From NCBI GenBank assembly GCA_046726415.1, contig JBKPAK010000174.1, forward strand, positions 1 to 12,735: a stretch of DNA of 12,735 nucleotides, in the 5' to 3' direction. The DNA comes from Candidatus Methylomirabilota bacterium (lineage in GTDB: Bacteria > Methylomirabilota > Methylomirabilia > Rokubacteriales > CSP1-6). Of the stretch, positions 7,837 through 12,735 are shown in pieces. Numbering within the stretch: position 1 is the stretch's first letter; each line of letters opens with the position of its first letter. The notes beneath the pieces are model-generated. The model had not been told where the DNA came from, did no database searches, and worked only from the letters and a program-made list of their open reading frames with translations. The translations under genes and the position numbers were made by a program.

Positions 7837-8211
7837 TTAGAAGAACTTGCCGCCGCTCGCCGTGAGCGGAATCTCGAGGATGGTGACCGTCCCCATGACG
7901 GTGCCGGACTGAAATCGCAGATCGAACTGTCCGACCTCGGTCGAGTCGCCGTAGAAGAGTAGGCCGGTCATGCGCTGCTGGGCGTCTAACGCTCCGAATC
8001 CGTAGTACCAGTCGGGGATGTCGGGGTCGAGCAGGGCAAATCCGATCTGGGTATCGTTCTGGATGGCGACGAGGAACATGGTGAATGACTGCGTTTCGAA
8101 GGTCAAGGTGACGGAATAGACAGCGTCAAGAGGGCCGGCGGCCCCGACCGGACCGGACATCGCGACGAGCACGAGCAGGATCAGCATGGCCCAGAGACGT
8201 GATGACTTCAT
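7837..8211 (-). CDS. Hypothetical secreted beta-rich protein (124 aa)
   Basis: GGAGG SD 7 nt before ATG8211. Signal peptide MKSSRLWAMLILLVLVAMSGPVGA. Confidence 0.75.
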   Translation of the reverse strand: MKSSRLWAMLILLVLVAMSGPVGAAGPLDAVYSVTLTFETQSFTMFLVAIQNDTQIGFALLDPDIPDWYYGFGALDAQQRMTGLLFYGDSTEVGQFDLRFQSGTVMGTVTILEIPLTASGGKFF

Positions 8212-8356
8212 GTGGAGTCCTCCGTGTCGATTGTTCGACTACGCGCCGCTATCGTACTCTACCGCGCGGGGACCAAGCGCGTCTCGCTCGCTGCGCAGCG
8301 ACCGGCACTGCCACGATGGACGTGGGTCGCTCGGCGGCCCTGCTCACCCGCCCGCG

Positions 8357-8385
8357 TTGACCCCCACCGACGCCCATGGTAGCGT
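8357..8385 (+). promoter_or_regulatory. Sigma70-type promoter of the tRNA gene
   Basis: TTGACC (8357-8362), a 17-nt spacer and TAGCGT (8380-8385) with an extended -10 TG, about 40 nt upstream of the tRNA. Confidence 0.65.
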
Positions 8386-8426
8386 GATGGGCCTTGGCGC
8401 TAGCTGGCGCCGTCGGCTGTGCACGC

Positions 8427-8504
8427 GGGCTCGTGGTGCAGCCTGGTTAGCACACTGGACTGTCAATCCAGAGGTCGCGGGTTCAAGTCCCGTCGAGCCC
8501 GCCA
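8427..8504 (+). tRNA. tRNA-Asp: tRNA-Asp (GTC)
   Basis: Full cloverleaf: acceptor GGGCTCG/CGAGCCC, D-stem GTGC/GCAC, anticodon stem CTGGA/TCCAG with loop CT-GTC-AA (anticodon 8462-8464), T-arm GCGGG-TTCAAGT-CCCGT, discriminator G and encoded CCA. Confidence 0.98.
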
Positions 8505-8509
8505 CCAAA

Positions 8510-8546
8510 AAACGCGGAGTTAGCCGACACTCCGCGTTTCGTGTTT
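8510..8546 (+). terminator. Intrinsic terminator, probably bidirectional, between the tRNA and the convergent integrase
   Basis: Perfect 11-bp inverted repeat AAACGCGGAGT (8510-8520) / ACTCCGCGTTT (8529-8539) with an 8-nt loop, an A-tract on the left and a T-rich tract on the right. Confidence 0.8.
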
Positions 8547-8552
8547 TGGGCC

Positions 8553-8570
8553 TGGTGCCGAAATAGTGCC
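8553..8570. repeat. Candidate integrase arm-type binding sites
   Basis: Direct repeat TGGTGCC (8553-8559) / TAGTGCC (8564-8570) with an 11-bp period, located between the tRNA (att core) and the integrase stop. Confidence 0.5.
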
Positions 8571-9586
8571 TATTGGCGATCCAATGCCTGCATGGCGCTG
8601 CGCAAGTGCTGGGGCGAGAGGTGGGCATAGCGGCCCGTCATCCGGAGGTCGCGATGCCCCAGGACCTCGCTGATCGTCCGGAGCGGCACGCCGTCCATGG
8701 CCAAGGTCGACGCGACGTCGTGTCTCAAATCGTGGAACGTCAAGTTCTTGATTCCGAGCCGTGTCACGAGCCGATTGAAACTCCGGGTGAGCACGAGGGG
8801 GTCGCGCGGTGGCAGTACCGGGGCAAAGAGATCGTCTGGTCGGTCGAGTCCCTCCAGCATGGCGCGCAGGGTCGCCGTCATCGGGACTGATCGTGAGTCG
8901 TGGTTCTTGGTATTGACGAACGAGATCATGCCGGCCGTGAAGTCGACATCGTGCCACATCAGTCGGAGGAGTTCGGCCCGCCTCGCGCCCGTGTGGAGCG
9001 CCGTCAGGATGTAGAGCCGCAGATCGGGATTCGCCTCGGCCAAGAGTTGCGCGCGCTCCTCAGAGGTCAGGTAGCGAGTCCGGCCACGGGATTCGGTCAT
9101 GCGCCGGAGCCCGATCGCGGGATCCGTCTTCAGGTAGCCCCACGCGACGGCTCTTTTGGTGATGTTCTTGAGCACCCAGAGTTCCTTGTTGTATGTGCTC
9201 GCGCTGACGGTGGCGATCCGGGTGGCGGCCCAGCCTTGCAGGGCCTCTGGTCGGAGTCCGGCCAGCTTCGTCGTGCCGAACACGGGCAGGATCACGGCAT
9301 CGAGGATCCAGATCTTCACGCGGTCCGCCCACACCGGCGCGAGCCGCGATTCCACCCGCGGCCACCAGACTCGCTCGGCGAAGGTTGAGACGAGCATGCC
9401 CTCTTCCCGCGTCCCGAGGACGTCACCGCGCGCGATCGAGCCCATGAGGTCGCGGTAGATCAACTTCGCCGTCTGGTAATCGGGGGCCGCCTTCTTCCGG
9501 TGGCGCTTGCCGAGGGCATCGCAGTAATCCACCCACCACCATCCGTTCTTTTGAAAGAGTCCGTCTCGACGCTTCGATCTCCTCAT
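8570..9586 (-). CDS. int: Tyrosine recombinase / phage-type integrase (338 aa)
   Basis: Catalytic residues R (HTGARRAEL), K (TKNHD), HxxR (HDLRH), H (LGH) and Y (TGRYAH). N-terminal arm-binding-like region (WWVDYCDALGKRHRK). AGGAGG SD 8 nt upstream. Confidence 0.97.
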   Translation of the reverse strand: MRRSKRRDGLFQKNGWWWVDYCDALGKRHRKKAAPDYQTAKLIYRDLMGSIARGDVLGTREEGMLVSTFAERVWWPRVESRLAPVWADRVKIWILDAVILPVFGTTKLAGLRPEALQGWAATRIATVSASTYNKELWVLKNITKRAVAWGYLKTDPAIGLRRMTESRGRTRYLTSEERAQLLAEANPDLRLYILTALHTGARRAELLRLMWHDVDFTAGMISFVNTKNHDSRSVPMTATLRAMLEGLDRPDDLFAPVLPPRDPLVLTRSFNRLVTRLGIKNLTFHDLRHDVASTLAMDGVPLRTISEVLGHRDLRMTGRYAHLSPQHLRSAMQALDRQ

Positions 9587-9669
9587 CGCTTCGTCCTCCT
9601 GCTCTTCGTCTTGGCGCGTGCGCGGAAGGCGCGCTCGGCGCGGCGGCTCATCGGTCTCCCCCTCGTCAT
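9583..9669 (-). CDS. 28-aa Arg/Lys-rich micropeptide MTRGRPMSRRAERAFRARAKTKSRRTKR
   Basis: Below the ORF-track cutoff. ATGA overlaps at both ends (9666-9669 with the upstream stop, 9583-9586 with the int start). It shares RRAERAFRAR with the C-terminus of the 10022-10654 protein, with only synonymous differences. Confidence 0.55.
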   Translation of the reverse strand: MTRGRPMSRRAERAFRARAKTKSRRTKR

Positions 9670-10090
9670 CCTGCCCCCCTCTGATGGGCCAGGCTCAGCA
9701 GGACCGGGCCGGGCCCGCGGCCGGCGCGCGAGTGCGATTCCGCCTCAAGGGCCGCCATCGTCTCGGGCTCCCACGTCAAGACGGTTCGGACCGGTGGGAT
9801 CGCGGCCTCGCCCTTCGCGTGAAGGGCGGCGAGACAGCGCGCCCGCATCGCCTTCATGACGGGGCCGACGTCCTCCACGCGTTCAATGCGCTGGACGCCC
9901 CAACTCCACATCCGGGGCCCCTCGACGAGGAGCACCGCGACCAGGGGGAAACTCGGCCCGTCCGGAAGGGGGGCGCTACACTCTCGATCGTCCATAGGTT
10001 GTCCTCCTTCGTCCTCAGTGCTCATCGCTTTCTCTTCGTCCTGGTCCGCTGGCTCCGCTGGCGTGCACGGAAGGCGCGTTCGGCCCGGCG
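9616..10090. repeat. Imperfect direct repeat pair (9616-9645 and 10061-10090; also CTCATCGCTT at 9582-9591 and 10021-10030)
   Basis: GCGTGCgCGGAAGGCGCGcTCGGCgCGGCG versus GCGTGCaCGGAAGGCGCGtTCGGCcCGGCG, 27 of 30 identical. Confidence 0.9.
9666..9995 (-). CDS. Hypothetical protein (109 aa) in the integrase operon
   Basis: Strong AAGGAGG SD 7 nt before ATG9995. An alternative in-frame ATG10025 overlaps the upstream stop. No family recognised. Confidence 0.65.
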   Translation of the reverse strand: MDDRECSAPLPDGPSFPLVAVLLVEGPRMWSWGVQRIERVEDVGPVMKAMRARCLAALHAKGEAAIPPVRTVLTWEPETMAALEAESHSRAGRGPGPVLLSLAHQRGAG

Positions 10091-10654
10091 CTGGGTTTGC
10101 CGGTGAGCCTCCCGCTGGTGGGGGAGACAGTACCGTTGGTTCTTCGACGCAACGTAGACGCTCTCGCAGCCGGGGAGCGCACACGGACGAATGAGTGATC
10201 GCGGCACCTCGCTGAACAGCTTGAGCGCCATCCAGACGAGCGCCTCAGCCAGCCGGCCGTGCAGGCACCACCGTGGCCGGCCCTCGCGATCCTCCGCCGG
10301 GTGCGACACGAAGAGCTGAACCGTGACCGGAATCCAGTCCGTCTGTTCGCCCTTGGCGACATCCTGCGCGATGCCGCGGATTGCCGTGAACGCCTCGCGC
10401 AATTCGGCGCGCACGGTGTCGACGACCATGTGCTGCAGCTCCTCGGCGAGCGGCGTCCATGCCGGCTCGACCGCGGCCACGCGGTCGCCGAGTCCGTAGA
10501 GGAAGCTGTCGAGCTCGTCCTGGGAGGCCTCGGTGAGCTCCTTGGCCAGGGAGAATGCCCAGTGAAGGACGTCGGCCAAGGTGTAGCGTGCGAAGGTCTC
10601 CCGCACGCGCCGCGAGGCTTCCAGATGCCGCTGCCAGCTCGTGAACCTGTCCAT
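10022..10654 (-). CDS. CGNR-like zinc-finger protein, putative element regulator (210 aa from ATG10654)
   Basis: C-terminal C-x4-C-x12-C-x2-H (CALPGC...RYCLPH, 10118-10183) followed by a basic helix (RRAERAFRAR), as in ABATE/zf-CGNR proteins. ATG10654 is preferred to ATG10699 because a promoter lies between them. Confidence 0.75.
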   Translation of the reverse strand: MDRFTSWQRHLEASRRVRETFARYTLADVLHWAFSLAKELTEASQDELDSFLYGLGDRVAAVEPAWTPLAEELQHMVVDTVRAELREAFTAIRGIAQDVAKGEQTDWIPVTVQLFVSHPAEDREGRPRWCLHGRLAEALVWMALKLFSEVPRSLIRPCALPGCESVYVASKNQRYCLPHQREAHRQTQRRAERAFRARQRSQRTRTKRKR

Positions 10655-10661
10655 TGGCGGG

Positions 10662-10690
10662 AGCGTAGCACGCAATGACAATTCTGACAA
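10662..10690 (-). promoter_or_regulatory. Sigma70-type promoter of the leftward (regulator-integrase) operon, probably leaderless
   Basis: Minus strand TTGTCA (10690-10685), a 17-nt spacer and TACGCT (10667-10662) with an extended -10 TG, then 7 nt to ATG10654. No SD is present. Confidence 0.65.
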
Positions 10691-10778
10691 TATTTTCATT
10701 TAATGACTTGCGTAGACCTAGTACTGGTGGTAATTGATGGTCCAGGCCACAAGGCGTAGGAGCGCGGAGGAGGGCAGG

Positions 10779-10976
10779 ATGCCAGTGGAAATCCCGCAGA
10801 CGATGCCGATTGACGTGCTCGCGGAGCGCTTGGGCGTGAGCCCGTGGACGGTGCGCACGTGGCTGCGCCAGGGGCGCATTCCCTACTTCAAGGTCGGGCG
10901 GCGACTGTTGGTCAAGACCGCGGATGTCACCGCCCTGCTCGAGGAGAACTACCGCACGGCACCGCGCCAGGCGTAA
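10779..10976 (+). CDS. HTH_17 / excisionase-family DNA-binding protein (65 aa)
   Basis: GGAGGAGG SD before ATG10779. LAERLGVSPWTVRTWLRQGRIPYFKVGRRLLV is the MerR-like winged-HTH pattern of excisionases. Confidence 0.9.
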   Translation: MPVEIPQTMPIDVLAERLGVSPWTVRTWLRQGRIPYFKVGRRLLVKTADVTALLEENYRTAPRQA

Positions 10977-10980
10977 TCCC

Positions 10981-11217
10981 GTGCACCCGCGGTATTCGTC
11001 CCGCGTCCTCGACCGGCTCTACGCGATGCCTCGCCCCTGCGACCTCCACGAGGAGTGGCTGCGGCAGAATCATCTCGACCTGCCGCTGATGACCACCGAG
11101 GAGCTTGCCGACGAACGCGTGCGGCTCTGCATCCGCTTGGCGTACGAGCGAGCCCCCAACGCGTGGCTCCGCGATCGATTGGCCCGCGTGAACGCCGCGC
11201 GAGGAGCCCGCCGATGA
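10981..11217 (+). CDS. Hypothetical protein (about 78 aa)
   Basis: GTG10981 lies 4 nt after the HTH gene stop, and its own stop overlaps the next start (ATGA, 11214-11217). The sequence looks helical; no family recognised. Confidence 0.6.
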   Translation: MHPRYSSRVLDRLYAMPRPCDLHEEWLRQNHLDLPLMTTEELADERVRLCIRLAYERAPNAWLRDRLARVNAARGARR

Positions 11218-12735
11218 GAGATCCCTTCCATGGCGAGAATCCATTCGCAGATCCCGACCCCGACCGTCTGGAGAAGCTCCTCCGCATCTTCGAGAACCTG
11301 CCGGATCGCCCGGTGATGGAGCTGCTGGAGCGCCGGTTCGAGGTGTTCAAGGATCGGCTTGGCATGACCATCCTGAGCCGCATTCAACATGCCTTGCTGC
11401 GGTCAAAGCTCATCGAACTGTTCGTCAGCCTCCACGTCAGCGGGGCGGCGAAACTGGTCGATGCCGCGCTCGGGCCGGAGCGGCGCAAGGACGGCTCCCC
11501 GCTGGCCGGCTCCGCCCTGGTCCCGGTGGAGTTTGTGCGCGCGTCATGGGCGGTCGACGGCGCGACCATGCTCGATGCGCTCGCGGCGCGGTTCGAGACG
11601 TATGTGTATCTCCCGCCGCATGCCGCCACCGCGTTGGCGCTTGGCGTCGTGCTCTCGCACACCGTCGAGGCCACGAGCATCTTGCCGATGATCGCGCTGA
11701 CCTCGCCGACGAAGCGGTGCGGGAAAAGCACGGTGCTGGCGCTGGCGTGGTCGCTCTGTCAGAGGAGCTTGTACTCCTCGAGTATCACCACCGCCACAGC
11801 CTTTCGCGTCGTGGAAAAATTTCGGCCGACGCTGATCGTCGACGAAGCGGATGTGGTTTTCGCAAACAACGACGAGCTTCGCTGTTTGTACAACGGCGGG
11901 CATACGCGGGCCACAGCATCCGTGCATCGGTCCGTCGGCGATCATCACGAAACCCGGAGCTTCAGTTCGTTCGGTCCAAAATGGCTGGCCTTGATCGGCG
12001 CGTTGCCCTCGACCATGGCCGATCGGTCGATCGTGATTCCGATGCAGCGGCGTCCGAAAGCGGTCAAGCTCACGCGCCTTCGTCTCGACCGCCTCGATGA
12101 GCATCGGCCGCTAGCCGAGGAGGTCGCCCGCTGGGCGTTCGATCATCTCGACGACCTCCGGGCGGCTGACCCTGTCCTCCCTGAGGAGCTTCATGACAGG
12201 GCTCAGGACAATTGGAGGGTGATGTGTGCGATCGCCGACTGCGCGGGGGGGCAATGGCCCGACAAGGCCCGTAAAGCGGCGATCGCGCTGTCAGGAGGCG
12301 ATGAGGACGACGCCGAGGAAGGGCTGGCGGTTTTGACCGACCTCCGGTACCTCTTCCAGGTCCTTGAGCGGACCAAGATGCCCACCACGGACATCATCGA
12401 GCAGCTGGTCTCCATGACCGAGAGACCGTGGGCGGACTACCGGCATGGCCGGTCCCTGACCGCTCGCCAGCTGGCTGGGCTGCTCAAGCCCTTCGGGGTA
12501 AGGTCGAAGCCCATCCGTGACGAAGGGGTCTACAAGGGGTACGACCTCGGTGACCTTCGACCGGTGTTTGACCGCTACCTTCCGCCTCTTCCCCCTCAAA
12601 CCCCCTCTGAACCGGTTACATCCTTGGAATCATTGGCGAAAAAGCCCAATTCGGATCGGTTACAGAAGCCGCGTGTAACCGATATGAAAGCGGCGCTAAC
12701 TGTTGGAAAAGATAGGGATGTAACCGATGTAACCG
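11214..12735 (+). CDS. P-loop NTPase / DUF3631-domain replication protein (3'-partial, at least 507 codons)
   Basis: Manually translated from ATG11214 (GAGGAG SD) and open to the window end. Walker A SPTKRCGKST (11703-11732), Walker B LIVDEAD (11832-11852), DRSIVIPMQRR, DRAQDNW, and the DUF3631-like C-terminus ERPWADY...LTARQLAGLLKPFGV...KGY...FDRYL. Confidence 0.9.
   Translation, partial: MRDPFHGENPFADPDPDRLEKLLRIFENLPDRPVMELLERRFEVFKDRLGMTILSRIQHALLRSKLIELFVSLHVSGAAKLVDAALGPERRKDGSPLAGSALVPVEFVRASWAVDGATMLDALAARFETYVYLPPHAATALALGVVLSHTVEATSILPMIALTSPTKRCGKSTVLALAWSLCQRSLYSSSITTATAFRVVEKFRPTLIVDEADVVFANNDELRCLYNGGHTRATASVHRSVGDHHETRSFSSFGPKWLALIGALPSTMADRSIVIPMQRRPKAVKLTRLRLDRLDEHRPLAEEVARWAFDHLDDLRAADPVLPEELHDRAQDNWRVMCAIADCAGGQWPDKARKAAIALSGGDEDDAEEGLAVLTDLRYLFQVLERTKMPTTDIIEQLVSMTERPWADYRHGRSLTARQLAGLLKPFGVRSKPIRDEGVYKGYDLGDLRPVFDRYLPPLPPQTPSEPVTSLESLAKKPNSDRLQKPRVTDMKAALTVGKDRDVTDVT
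12613..12735. repeat. Iteron-like array, putative replication origin
   Basis: CGGTTACA at 12613-12620 and 12657-12664, and its reverse complement TGTAACCG at 12674-12681, 12719-12726 and 12728-12735, separated by lower-GC spacers. Confidence 0.8.

Larger units (their letters stand above)
8505..12735. mobile_element. tRNA-Asp-integrated element with phage-satellite/PICI-like architecture (right end outside the window)
   Basis: A tyrosine integrase ends 65 nt from the tRNA 3' end. It is followed by a divergent regulator/excisionase pair, a P-loop DUF3631 replication gene and an iteron-like array. No att duplicate is visible in the window. Confidence 0.85.

Noticed and set aside
8502-8507. Encoded CCACCA after the tRNA discriminator
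   Set aside because: Common downstream of bacterial tRNA genes, and the acceptor stem is perfectly paired, so there is no sign of a decay tag.
8186-8628. ORFs 8186..8566 (+) and 8344..8628 (-)
   Set aside because: They overlap the tRNA, its promoter and its terminator, so they are spurious.
11384-12599. Track ORFs 11384..11731, 11389..11691, 11544..12104, 11546..12100, 12203..12415 and 12291..12599
   Set aside because: They are alternative-frame or antisense shadows of the DUF3631 gene starting at 11214.
12613-12735. CRISPR array interpretation of the terminal repeats
   Set aside because: The repeats are only 8-11 bp, occur in both orientations, lie inside a CDS, and no cas genes are present.

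Overview
This high-GC bacterial window has two halves separated by a tRNA-Asp(GTC) gene at 8427-8504. The left half (1-8400) is accessory, decaying DNA. It starts with a sigma54-type promoter ahead of a degraded sulfatase-type cluster: a membrane protein, an arylsulfatase collapsed by internal deletions, a DUF202 protein, a HAD hydrolase 3' fragment and a putative beta-barrel protein. It continues with a cNMP-binding protein, small lipoprotein and Zn-binding proteins, a frameshifted SDR, a PPOX-family protein, an HExxH metallopeptidase and several short gene relics. The right half (about 8505 to the window end) is the left end of a tRNA-integrated element with phage-satellite (PICI-like) architecture. 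Its leftward operon runs CGNR-like Zn-finger protein, 109-aa orphan, 28-aa Arg/Lys micropeptide, tyrosine integrase. Its divergent rightward operon runs HTH_17/excisionase-like protein, 78-aa orphan, and a P-loop/DUF3631 replication protein that is absent from the ORF track because it runs off the window. A symmetric CGGTTACA/TGTAACCG iteron array lies inside the 3' end of that last gene. The most notable points are a Zn-finger protein on a probably leaderless mRNA in the usual repressor position, and a micropeptide that copies that protein's basic C-terminal helix with only synonymous changes and overlaps both its neighbours (ATGA). All family assignments come from motif recognition by eye; no searches were run.
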